This document shows, one piece after another, positions 37,501 through 49,797 of a DNA stretch of 64,000 bases. The translations under genes were made by a program, and so were the position numbers. The notes below the pieces were generated by a model. The model ran no database searches. It was not told the DNA's origin and worked only from the letters and a program-made list of their open reading frames with translations. The number at the start of each line of letters is the position of its first letter. The first letter of the stretch is position 1. Source of the DNA: Yuukianura sp. NJ FZ-2021 (lineage: Eukaryota); NCBI GenBank assembly GCA_046563655.1, contig CM102290.1, forward strand, positions 12,648,001-12,712,000, given 5' to 3'.

Positions 37501-38102
37501 ATGGACAAGGAATGATAAGGTTCGGCACACGCCGGCACTGAAATAGGCAACAAGAAACAATTATCCACCGGTACCCGGTGCAGGAAATTCTACCAATACT
37601 TACTCTCTTTTATGACTTCCATGCAAAGCTCAGCAGCCATTGCTTGTTCTCCTCGAGCATAACGTAGATGAGCTTCTCCGATCATGCTCTTCATCGTTGG
37701 TGTCAGCTTCCGTCTTTTATGGAGCGAGAATGTGGATGCTGTATCACCAGTGCCGAAAAAACCTGGGCGAGATGTTTGTGCGATTAAATCAGCTATTGAG
37801 TGAACACCAAGCGATGGTATTGGTTCTTCCTCTTCTTCTTCTTCATCGAACGAGTCGTCTTCATCCTCATCAGCTCCAGTATGAGTTCCAGTGGTAATCG
37901 GCAATCCTTCCGCAGTAGAACTAGATGGGGACCTTTCTTCGACGACACTTTCCGATGCCGTGCTAGATAAATGGTCAGGGTCTGGATCATCAAGATTGTC
38001 GACTATGTATGACCCCAGTTGTTGACACCACGATTGAAACTCATTCTCCTTGGCATTGAAATTGACAGGTTTCAAACTTGTGAGTTGACGATTGTCGGAC
38101 AT
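34550..38102 (-). CDS. GTF3C3: General transcription factor IIIC subunit 3 (TPR protein, Tfc4 homologue)
   Basis: Acidic N-terminus, then KRRKLTPTMKSMIGEAHLRYARGE, TPR exons, and C-terminal QESYYNMARIFHSMGLFALAISFYQLVL...DLKQEAAFNLAQIY. ATG at 38102 is the first in-frame ATG after a 5'UTR intron; the start is less certain than the identity. Confidence 0.92.
36048..36285. mobile_element. Tc1/mariner-type MITE in a GTF3C3 intron
   Basis: 35-bp perfect TIR CAGTCAAGTTTCCCACTTAGGCCATTTGCCAAATA, extending imperfectly to ~55 bp; TA on both flanks. Confidence 0.92.
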
Positions 38103-38401
38103 TCTGTCGTCATCCAACTCCTCAGGATGTAAAACTATAATAAAATATTTGACAAAATCGATTATTGTTTCAACTCATAATAGAATAGAGCTGTACTAGT
38201 ACAAACATTCAAGAACACTTACGTATCAAAGCAATTCAGCACGAAACCCGTTAGAGTGACATGGAGCCGCACAATTACTTAAATCAAAACGTTACCCGGA
38301 GCCGGAATTGTAAAAGCGATCGTACTGTGTCGTTTCTCTTTACACAAACGCCTACAAAAACACAAAGCATCAAAGCATGCCGCTTTTATGTAGTTTACAT
38401 G

Positions 38402-38758
38402 GGGGCTGGCTAAAAGTCGGATCAAGGACTCGTCGGATTCCTCGGATTTTAGTTGAGCTGCGCCTATTGTCAGATCGAATATCGGATTTATACGAATTTA
38501 TGGGTTGGCTCCAAGGATTTTCAAAATCCATATTTGAACAATGAGTGGCGTAGACTCCACTAACTTCAAATTGAGATTATATGACACTAGTATTTAGTCA
38601 GGTTTGGTAAAAAAGAAGGCTTTTACCAAGGGTAACGTCTTCCATACAGAGTCCGATGAATCCGACTGTTAGCTTTATAAACAGCATGCGTGTGCATTGC
38701 TGCGAAAACACGATGCGAAGATTCCGACGAGTCCGAATTCCGCTTTTTAGCCAGACCC
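38402..38758. mobile_element. MITE with ~45-bp imperfect TIRs (GGG...CCC ends, possibly PIF/Harbinger)
   Basis: GGGGCTGGCTAAAAGTCGGA..GGACTCGTCGGATTC versus GATTCCGACGAGTCCGAATTCCGCTTTTTAGCCAGACCC; no clean TSD. Confidence 0.7.
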
Positions 38759-39489
38759 AATTAGCAGTTGCTCTTAGGATGAGGTAGGGTTGGGGCGAGT
38801 AGTTGTACCCAGAATTGGCATTGTGCCACTAATATCCTCCTAACATCAACGCATACTATCTAACAGAAACAAAATATTTAAGAGCGATTCATTGTATTAA
38901 GTAACTTAGCACTAAGTTTGGCAAGTATCGCTGCAGACGTCTACTCCGGAGGTAGTGTTGACAAGAAATGCGATGTTCCCTTAGTTCAAGCGAAGTATTG
39001 AGTCACATGAAATGGACGAATTTATGAAACGAATTACAATTGTAAACTGCAATTTGGAAATTGTCGGATGATGTAACAGAATCATCATGAAAGCCATCCA
39101 CTCAATGTATCCAGCCAGTACGTGCTAGGGTTATAAATGTTTAGGTTTTTTAGGAACATAAATAATTACTTCACAGAAATATTTCCATTTCTAATACATA
39201 AACATAATGTTCAAATAACTTACCATAAAAAAATTGACCAAGTGAAATAAAGAACTGTTGGAGTGTGCGTAAATTGTATCCGAATTTCAGCCTGACTTCA
39301 ACCCGTTTCTTAGGGGGTTGCGAATCTCGTTTTGCAATGTATTATTGGAATTTCGTCTGATTCAGGCGATACAGTAGTTCAACTGATGTGATCCATCCTT
39401 GAAGATCACAAGATTTGGTCTCGTTCAATTTCTCCGATTAGTAATCCGTTTCAATTGATTTTGAACTTACAAGTCGTCACTAAATCACG

Positions 39490-39966
39490 ATGAGTGCTGC
39501 GTTTCGCTTGGCCGGACGATCCCTGCTTACAGCAAGATCCAACGTTTGTTCACAGGGTAAGGAATGATGGCATAACTTTAACATAAGAGACTGGGTTTAA
39601 TTACTTTCCGACTTTATGAAATTTATCAAGAAATTAACGATTGTATTTTGTTTCCTTAGCCCGGAATTCATCATACAAGCCTGATCCAAACTGGAAGCCG
39701 GCACATCTGGATGAAATGCCAGTTCCGCAAGGATCCTGGAAATCCCATTACGACGCCAAGCAAAAGAACTACAACATGCAATTAGCTGCTGGCGTCATCA
39801 TCTTTGCCTCTACAGTAACTTATGTAAGTCTCGCGTTTAAATTGTATTACGAAAACCAATGTCCGGAATAAACATTAACACTTTTGTTTTCCCACTTATG
39901 GTTTAGATTGTGACGAGCGACCGCTTCTTTTTCAACGCCACGCTGCCACCACTACCCAAGGACTAG
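39490..39966 (+). CDS. Small mitochondrial single-pass protein of the prag01/Deltameth_res (Drosophila CG7630, COX7B-like) family, 96 aa
   Basis: Exons 39490-39556, 39660-39823, 39907-39966; presequence MSAAFRLAGRSLLTAR; motif HLDEMPVPQGSWKSHYDAKQKNYNMQLAAGV then a TM helix; AATAAA at ~40132. Confidence 0.85.
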
Positions 39967-42392
39967 ATCATCAATTATGCGGAAAATTCGGACGTCACAT
40001 TAGTAAATTCAACCCTAGAGCATTTAGTTCTCTGCCACATTCATTGTGTAGTCAAAAACTAGACGTAAGTGATCATTGATTATACAGAAGTTGTCATATA
40101 CTTCGTATACATCATCTAACCAAATGCATTCAATAAACCTATCGCGGCCAGAACCCTGCGAAGTCTAAAACCTAAAACTTGGCCATTGGCCCTGTACTTG
40201 GCCGATTTCCAACAAACTTACTATAATATCCTTTCATGTGTTGATTTTAGCTCTCCTTTTATCAAACGACGAACGACGTTAGGAGAATAATTACTTTGCA
40301 TTATTGAGATTTTCTATTGCGATTTTATTAATTTTTTTTGAAATTATAACTGCTTGATAAATCGTAAGCTATGAACAATCGTAGTTAGTTAAGTCCTCTT
40401 AGAGTTAAACAGAAGTTAATATAATATGAGTTTTTACTATTATGCAGTGCGCTAGTTCAGTTGACCTTTCATATCCAGCCAGACTAGACGCTGGAACCAA
40501 ATTACTTTGAAGTTTAATTAAAGCTGGAAGGTTCAACTTCCGCAACACATTAGGCATTACATTTCCTCCAGCTTCTTCAATACAGTATCAATTTCACAAT
40601 TAATCGGCTGAATTGCTCTAGTCCTCCCTTTAGTATTAGTCACATGACCTCCACAAAATGTAGCTAATCTAAACGAACGAATTAGTAATAAGCTGGTTGC
40701 AGTAGGGTCGGACTACCATTGTGTGATACAGGATTCTACATGTATTTAGTAGCTACTTCATTTCCACTTAACATGGATCAAGCACAAACATTTTCCAATC
40801 CAAAAGGCCTTCTCATCACAGTCCTTTGCCAATTTGATTCTTAACTCCACACAAATCTTACAATTCGTCCCATTCCAAGTTAAACTTAACCCTTCTTTAG
40901 GTAATAAACACTGCTTAAAAACTAAGAATCAGAGCAATTGGATTAATATAACTACTATTTTTAACAGTAGAATTCGAACGTAGGGACAAATAAGACCATT
41001 TCAATTGATAATTGGTTATACAGGAACTAAATTGTACAATTCGGGAGGTACTTTGAGAAACTAAAGTGCTAAATTACATGAAATTAGCAATTTAACTTAA
41101 CAATCATGAGAACTAAACGTTTTTTTTTTCGTTTTCTAACATTTTGCCTATGGTCAACAATGGTCAAATTTTAGTACATATAACTTTTTAGAATTTTTAC
41201 AATTCTTTTTATACAATGAGTTAATTGACACACGATAATTGAAAAGCACACGAGGGCTATTTAACACTTAAATTCCGATTAATTCTAAGCTTTCAATTTA
41301 CCAAATCGTAACAACTTCGAATTCAAAGAATTATAGTTAAACCCATAATGCTAAAAATAGTACAGACAATTTTAAGGAAAGGCAAACAATGAAGAAGACT
41401 TGTAGCCATACTAAGATTGCATTGACATTGATTGCGGTGACTTTTGCAACAATTGGTGGGTTGAAGTAAACTTAATGGCGTCTGATTGTACCCCCCAGCT
41501 TGAACCCCTATCGTACCCCGAAGCGCCAAATCCGAAAATGTGGAACTGACATTGTAGCCTCCCAGGTTTGGTCTACGCATGACCGAACACAGCTCGGGAG
41601 TACAGCAAAAATTCCAAAAATTCGGGATTTTTGAATTTCCCGCGTGGAATTTCAATAGGGGGGGGGGCAACACAATGCTAACATGGGGGGGGGTACAACC
41701 ACCCGACATAAATTTTAGTTCAACCAATTAGTAATTATTATCTTAAATCATACTACCAAAATCACTGCTTAAACAGTTCGTCAGAGTTTTAAAAACTATT
41801 AAATAATTATAATATGGGTGTTAAAGTAAAATTATAACCTGCATTCGGGCATTATTCAGGCACAATTCAAGCATAACAGAAAAAAAAAAACAAAACAAAA
41901 AATAAAGGGAATCTTAACAAAAATAATTATATTTTTTCGTATTTTTTCTTTTCTTTTGAAAACTATGATTTTGTGAGAACTTTTTTTGATTTTCTTTGAA
42001 GAAAATAAGTATGTTAAGGACTGCGCATCCCAATCTTACTATTTACATATTTTTTTTTATACAATGTTTGTCGTTAACGTTAATATTCCTTTCTCTCTTC
42101 TTGATTTTTAATTCACACGCTGGTTTTGCTGCTAGTCAGGGTTGATTTAGTTTTTTTTTCTTTTAAAATGAGCAAGGGATGTGATGAATAGTTTTCGTTT
42201 TTGTAAATGTTGAGACTACTTTTGCCTCTCATAAACATGGGTTGTAAATATTTTGGTTTTTTGAAAAACACTTGGGGATTAGATTGGAAATTTTGAATTT
42301 GTATCGTCCCTACATGTCAAAACTACTGAAATGAAGCAGTTTTTCATTACAATTTAAAATAGAGAGGAACCAAGAGCGTCTTAGCGTGGAGG

Positions 42393-45300
42393 CTACTGAG
42401 ATTCAGAAGTAGCCCTGCGACGTCGAGTATTCGAAAATTGCCTCATCGGTCCCACACGATCTGGTTGTCCTCCTCCAGGAAGGGAAGCTCGTCGGAGTCG
42501 CGTGCTGCTCGGAATCCCCTTCTCAGCGCTCTACAAAATTTCAAAATTTCAAAGTTAGTAAATAGAACTGTAACTTTGTTCTTAAGATTTGGCTGAAGTA
42601 AGGTTTAACGACCGTGATTGTAGTCTCAGTGAAGCCACTTTGCTGCTACAATGGGTGGCTACAGTATGAGCTTCTTGTGTTGCCACTTTAGGTTGGGTTA
42701 TTTAAATTAGAGCGGCTACAAATGTTGCCACTAGCTGTAGCCACACAAAATGGTCGGAGTGGCTACACTGTGCGGCTACAATGACGGTCGTTAATCCTTA
42801 GTTAAACCCAACATTTGCATAATTGTGTCCGTTTCCTTACCACACGCTTAAAGTCCTCCAGTGTTTTAAAGTTTTCTAAGACGGCGGCAATCTCCGGTCC
42901 GACCGTCACCTCACTTGCCTTGTCATAGTACTTCAGAAATGCCCAGAATTTCTCCAGCCCATACAACTCTCCTTTCTCCATATAATCTTTGAGTGTTTCA
43001 GTTTCGAAGTCTCTGAACAGATTTTCTTTGAACTTGGTCTCCAAGCCATAGGAGTAGAAACGGAAAAGACATTCCAAGCCATATCTGATGCAAACATTAA
43101 GAAACAACATGCTTGTTACTAACTTGAACTTGGCATTACTTGGCAGCCAAATTAACCATACTCACCTAAATCCTTCATTCGCATCTTCCCAAGCCAGCGT
43201 CCTGAACTCATCGTACATCTTTTGGATAAAGTTATCTCTGAGGAAAAATGACCAAAATCGAAACAGAGTATTCATCTCGGGTGACTGTCCATGACCCAGT
43301 CTGCGTCTCTCTGAAAATTGCCAAACATGAGTCCCTATTACAATCCAATTGGCTAAAAAGTTGTGATACACTCTGTTTCACGCTTCAGAAAGATAAATAG
43401 CCTGGCTGAGCTCACCTTTAAGGCATCTCGAATGATATTTCCGATAAACCTGCTGGACAAATCCGTTCTCCTCCAGTAAGCTGTGCGAAGGGTGGTGGAA
43501 TGTTGGCAACGAGTGGGGAAGACTTGATGACAACGAATCAGCGGAGCTTCCAACACTGATTGCACTACTGCATGTCCCACCATAGGAATACATAAACATC
43601 GTTATTCATTTTACTTCCGCAATGACTTTAGGCTGCTAACTGAATAGTTTGTTTAGTACCTGACACTGGTTGTACGGACTCGTCTTGGATAGGTGGGCTG
43701 ATTGTAGTCCATGATCCAACCGACATGACTCTCTCGTCCTGAACGCGAATTCACTGGGTAGAATCTTGGCGCCTTTTGCTTCGAACCACCACGTCCACCT
43801 CTGCCTTCCTGAATCTGATTTGAAAATGAAGAAATTAAGATTCATCCGTTACAATCAGAAAGTTTCGTTATCGGAGTTGGACTTACGGGAAACTGAGCTG
43901 AAGAGACGTTGGGCGTGTTATATGGTGCAGACGGAACAGGGTACATCCCATTGACGTTCAAAGAACGATTCATATTGTTAGGATCGAAATAGTTTTGCCT
44001 TCCCAGAGACCCTGGTGGAAACTTAGCTTGAAGTTCCTGTTCAGTTCGCCTACGCGAGTAGAGTTGCTGCTCATACTGACGGAGACCGTCGCTAATTGTC
44101 TGAATCATATCAGGAGTGATACGATTTGGGCCAGCGTTGGGTTGGTAGTAGTTCCCTTGTGGACCAAATCGCTGCGTCACAATTACCAATTTGTCAATCT
44201 CACTGTCACTCCACTCCTCCTGATCAGAATCTCCGCCGTTCCTAAAAAATCAAGTTAGTAACAGAGAACAATTAAAACATCATTCAAAATGTGGTCATTC
44301 TGTCTTCGTGCCCCACCAAGTTAATTTTAAACAGCACATTACGTGGGATAAGTAGTTGGCGAAGGACGCTTATTGTTTCTTGTTCCGTCAAAGTCCTCGT
44401 CAAACTCAAATGGTAAATCCTCGGTATTGAAAGGACTGGAGTTGCGTGAGCCTCCAGACCGATTGCGTCCACGACTACTCAAACGCGGTCTCCAAATACC
44501 GTCATCCGTCGGTTCTAAGTAAGTGTTACAATTATTTTGATTAATAGTGAATTCGATTTCATAAACTTTATGTATTAAACGTAGCTTTATGACTTAACAA
44601 TTACCTGAGCTTGTTGGAGCCCCATTCAGTCCATACTTCGGAACAAACTCTGGGACATCCGGATTCAAAGCTAGAGTCTCACCAGAAGCAGAACCGCGCT
44701 TCTCCGGTCCAGTATCAATAACAGCTCCAGGCAAAATGATCCACTTTGTAGGAGACTCATGTGGTCTAACGTAAGCGTCGTCCTTTACTTCCAGTTGTGA
44801 TGAGGCCTTCACGGCAGTCAAGATGTGCTCGGTTTCCACATTCATGCTTTTGATGCGGCGGAAGGCAGCGATTACGCTGATTGGGACGAATCCTTCAGAG
44901 TCCATTTGACGCCGCAAATAAACGTCTTTAGCCAAGTTTTCATCGCTGAAGTAGTACTCACTGTTCAAAAAGTAAATTGCACGTTTTGTATATCCATAAA
45001 TACAGTGGATCAAAGTGTGCATGAGTGGAAGAAGGTTATGAAACTTACATTTGTCGCTTGAGCACTTCCTGAAGAGCTAAATCCCCAGCTCCGAACGGAA
45101 TAAACAGAACTGATGGAGACATGGGCTCTGGAAGTGCCGTTGGGCTGTAAGCGATTCCAGGTTGTGGTCCAGCATAGTAAGGGCTCCCGTTCGGCCCTGC
45201 GAAGGGAGGACGGTAGGACGGGCGCCCTGAAACACCAGCAGCCGGAATCGGTACAGCGCCTTGTCCAGCAAACCGTGGCTGTGAATCTTTGCCTTTCGTG

Positions 45301-45886
45301 GGTTTACCTAAAATATTTTATAGTAATGAGAATTGGGTTTAAAAACAAATCAAATTGTAAAATAGTCAAATTGTGTTAAGTTCAAATTCAAGGTCAAAGC
45401 TTGTGTACCTGACTTTTTATTTCCAGTTGATTCTGCTTTTGCCTTAGTTTGTTTTTGTTTATCCTCAGCGTGAACCTCTATTTAGAAATAGAAATTCGTG
45501 TTGAAACTTTAGAACAAAGTCATGGATAAATAAATCACATATTTACCCGTTGGCTTCTCTTCTGGTTTGGTTGTATCTGACTCTGGCACTTTCACCTCGT
45601 CACTTTCATTCTTCGTCCCTTGACTACTCAAATCAACGACTTTGTCAAATTCTTCACTTGAAATTTCCTCGCTATTGGTATCGGAACTACTCTGACGACG
45701 TCCGGCCGCATGGTCTCCTTGGCACTTTGACGAAATCAGCGGTGGTAACGTGTCAGATGAGTCTGACGAGTCCTTGACTTCTCCTGCTATTGCTAAATCC
45801 TCAGTTTCCTTAGTTTTGATGTCCTTGGTTTTCGTGTTGTCCGTCGTGATTTGGCAGTCTTCTACTTCCGGTCCAGTGGATTCCAT
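42393..45886 (-). CDS. LARP1: La-related protein 1
   Basis: La motif [40 protein letters not shown]2 [16 protein letters not shown] and [11 protein letters not shown]15 [12 protein letters not shown]...[16 protein letters not shown]...[15 protein letters not shown]...[13 protein letters not shown]; stop TAG 42393-42395. Probable non-coding exons near 46363-46480 and upstream. Confidence 0.95.
42601..42798. mobile_element. MITE in the last LARP1 intron
   Basis: ~40-bp imperfect TIR AGG(T/A)TTAACGACCGT(G/C)ATTGTAG; TA on both flanks; internal GCCAC/GGCTAC motifs. Confidence 0.8.
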
Positions 45887-47520
45887 GATTATCCCTGATT
45901 CGTCCCAAACCTAAAAAACAAAGATTCAGAAGTCAACTACTTTATCAATAAACTAACCGTAATGCTTCGTTCAATTACTAATTCCCATTCCTGTATTAAA
46001 CCTCCCAGTCAATAAATATATCCCGACAACTAAGGTTAGCCTGCTCAATTGACCGATCAATGGTTGTAACGAACAACCACTGCAACTGTTTTCAATTGAC
46101 TGTGTAGCTTTTTCCATGAACTTATCAATGTCGCGCGCTAAATTCAATTAGTAATGATTAGAACCTGTGATACACAATTCAGCACCGTACCGCACAAATT
46201 CCAGTTGTAGAACAGACCTTAGTCCCGGCCTCATTGCAATGAGGCTTATGTTAATGCTTATTGCACGCACTACACTCTGCCGAGTGCAGAGCATTTGACC
46301 TTGAGCTTCTCCGTTGTTGTTAATCTTTGATAATAAAGTAAAATGTAATTCATAAAAACTTACTTGTTGCCAGGGGGATCCTGTTAGTGTTGTATGAACA
46401 TTTCCTTGGAACCGAATTCAAAACGACTCCCTGCTCCCAGCACAAGACCGCGGGAGCGTTTTTATGTTATTCCAGCAGCTTGAATTGCAGAATAAAATGA
46501 ACAGTTTTCAGTCCGGGTTTAAGGCTAGGTTTAAATAAAGCTAAACCTGGTCCAGACTTCACTCTGAACTTTATAAGGGATTGCCTGGATCCAGAATCCT
46601 ACGTGCCGTCGCCGTCGTCGTGTATTGGTTGAAGCGCCGCCGCTGCCGCAAAACCAAGTTTGTGATGTGTAAAATAAGGTGGTTCGTCGGACGAAGAGGG
46701 TAATAATTGGCACAGACGGAGTCACATACGCAGTGAGAGAGGCTCTGAACAGGAGTTCTCTTACTTTTTAGTATGAAAATCCTCCTTGGAGAGTCTGTAG
46801 ACGAGTAAAAGTGCAAAAATGGAATGGTCTAACAAACTCCAAGTCGCAATTTCTGGAGTGAACGGGGGCACGTGTTTCATTTAAACCTTCCTACCGGCTA
46901 ACTTGCAAAAAAACAGAGTCAAAAACACTAGCCGAAAACAGCACGGCGCTTCGGGTGCAGAAATTCGCAAATTGGCACAGTGGCCAATCCCAACTGGGTC
47001 CCCAAATGCGAAATCAAAACACAGGGAGCAACACTTTTTTTTGCAAACTGTTTTTATCATCTCTCCTTCTCCTTAGTCAACCAAAAGAAAATTTAGTAAC
47101 CATGCTTTTTTACTACTAAACTAAATACTAGTGTACAGATTTTTTTTGTTGTAAAGTAAACCTGCTGTGGCTGCTTGGGGTGGTCTCAGATTTTAGTTGG
47201 TTCAGTTTGTCCCACTGACTCAAAATAGATTAGTTGTATTTGCACTTATTGCAAAAAAAAATATTTGCAAAGGGATAAATGAAGGGCGACCAGAGTTGGC
47301 TTAAAAAAAAGTTGGCACGCAATGACAATTCAATTATTTGTGCCATTGGCTTCCAATTAATTGAACTAATCAGACTCAATTGCATGAACAAAATAGGATT
47401 TTTGAGAGACCGGAATCACCGTAGAGGATTAACTTTAGCTTACACTAACCTCATCCAAATTCAGAAACCCCGTTATATTATACTATCAGGGGAATAAATT
47501 AACTTAAAGTTAAGGTTAAC

Positions 47521-47764
47521 CAAGGTTCCTTGATAACGAAAAATGAATTTTCTTTAACAGGTGGCGTACTACCTCGCTTGCTGGCAAAAAAAAAATGAAA
47601 AAAAAATTGGTACCAATTCGTATGTAAAATTTAAACAATTCGGCTGTATGACTACGATACCATGAAATGAAAGACATTTTCTTTTGCAAAATCGAAAAAA
47701 AACATGAGGTATTACTCAACCTGCTAAAAAAAATAAAAGTTAACGTTCTCGCAAAGTTAACTTG
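47521..47764. mobile_element. P-superfamily-like MITE (CAAGGTT family), copy 1
   Basis: Exact 8-bp TSD AGGTTAAC (47513-47520, 47765-47772); body homologous, in inverted orientation, to 55725..55981. Confidence 0.85.
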
Positions 47765-48753
47765 AGGTTAACGTTCATGCAAGTGCAAGTACTAAATTTT
47801 GAGCTAACCTGAGCTAACTGTTAGAATGTAATTTTGAATTTGTAATTAACCTAGTCAAGTAAATTGCGGTAAAAATTTAATTTTGGAATTCATTGAGGCG
47901 TTGCTGAGCTCAATGAACTTTGACCTTTATTTTATTAAAGATTTAAATAACAAACCTCTCAAGTTCATTTCGTAATTGCCAAAAGTGACATTACTAAAAA
48001 CTGTCTGCAAAAAATACAGCAGTTATTAATCAAACCTAACAATTCAGTATACAATTCGGAGTTGTTCCTCCGTTACTTCCGTCAAGTCCAAACTTTAGAG
48101 TGCAGCCGTCTAAATTTTAGTAATACTTTAGGGACAACAAGTTTTGTGAAGGAGTTGAATTGTGCTTGATTTGATTACTTAACAGTTAGTCAATCAGTCA
48201 TTCATAAATCATACACAGAGGGGTAAATGGTAACAACTGTGGAAACTAATTGAAGACAGTTCAACAATAATTTTCCTATCAGAAAAGTAGAAAATCGAGA
48301 GTTGCGATCCATTCGTACCTAATTTTCTCAATTTCAAAAAATTAAATTGGACGCACTCTGTTGAAAAACTTAACAAAAATTCTATCCATTCGTTACTTAA
48401 CACTTAAGAGCAGTAAGTAATTAGTCTGATAAACGTTATACATGTTTTGGCTAACCCTAATAGCGGATACAATTCAAAAACCAGGTAGATTTCCGGGCTG
48501 TTCACAGTAAATGGCATTTAGGTTTCTAGCATGTTAAAATTGAACTCTGTTTGGGGCCTAGCGTATACCTAATACTTATACCGTAAGATAAAATAGGTTT
48601 ATCAGATAAACCTATGAACAAATGTGTAAGTGACATAGACTCGTTATATGTTATTTCTTGTGTATGCACCTTCCATATAGTAACAATAGAGTGTATTTCG
48701 ATTAGAGACCATAATCATCAAGGTGATCAAACGTAGTTAAGGAATCTGGATGT

Positions 48754-49797
48754 TTAGAACTCTGAGGTATTAGCGGGTAGTTTGTTCTCATCCTTCTCCT
48801 TGTCAGAATCGTCTGATGTTTCCTCGGCCATGCCAAGGTAACCTTCATCCTCGGTAATACATAAATCCAGTATTGGAATACTCAGTGACCGTGTTGGCTT
48901 TGGAATTGGTGATTCTGAGAGGGTGGGTAAGACCGTATCGTCAGCTAATCTCATTGTAGTCATTACGGCCAATGCCTTCCGTTTACCTGCGTCGTAATGA
49001 AACAAACATTAGTAAATGTTGAAGGTTAGAGGATACCTGTGACTGTTGTTTTCCTGCAATAGTTGTATGTATTGTAATTTATGTTACTTACCGCCACTGC
49101 ATGTGTTGTTTCTCTTCAAAGTTTTATCGCTCTTCTTTCCCATGTTGGGACTGCGCTTTTGGTGGAAAGAAGAAGAAACAGTCGGAGTCTTCACTGCCTT
49201 CCGTTTGCTAATTGTTGCCGAGCGAAGTCTTGTCCTAGAATGACTCATCAATGGAGCATCCTCCCTGAGCACCGTATTCAGTTCACCCTCGTTGTGCTCA
49301 TAATCAGTGTTGCGCGGCGAAATTCCTTTGCCATCAGTGGTTCCGTCCACGGATGATGTTTGAACTTTAGTTTCTTCTCTGTCGTCCCTGTCCTCGCTCA
49401 CTGGATATGATCTGCAACTGGAATGCTTCGGACTGCTAAGGTCACTGTTGAACGAAATCCCAGCGTCTGACATACACTCTGAGATTTCCTCGCTTTCTTC
49501 TAGATCACTCTCCGGAAACCCTCCAAGGACATCAGTGAAGGAAACACAGTAGTTGCTACAGCTGTCTTCGTCCTCGATATCACTTTCAGAAAAGTTTCCA
49601 GGATCAATTTGCGACACTGAGATGTTGTCATCCAGAGAGACGACGTCACTTGCCGTTGCGTTCATATGTACCTTCATGCTTTCGTTTCCAGTAGATTCAA
49701 CTTCTTCATCCCTTCCCCTTTCGTCGTCTAGGGACATCATCTGATCTTCCGTTTCCGCCATGAAAAACGTGAATGAACTGGGAATCCTTCCCGCCAT
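48754..49797 (-). CDS. Uncharacterised acidic, Ser-rich, probably disordered protein, ~312 aa, 2 coding exons
   Basis: 237-codon ORF spliced in frame through GT-AG intron 49091-48987 to ORF 48754..49005; probable 5'UTR intron ~49925-49813; no recognisable domain. Confidence 0.6.

Noticed and set aside
48987..49053. 17-nt micro-exon and U12-like donor GTATCCTC in the orphan gene
   Set aside because: Inclusion shifts the frame, needs a 38-nt intron, and no U12 branch site is present.
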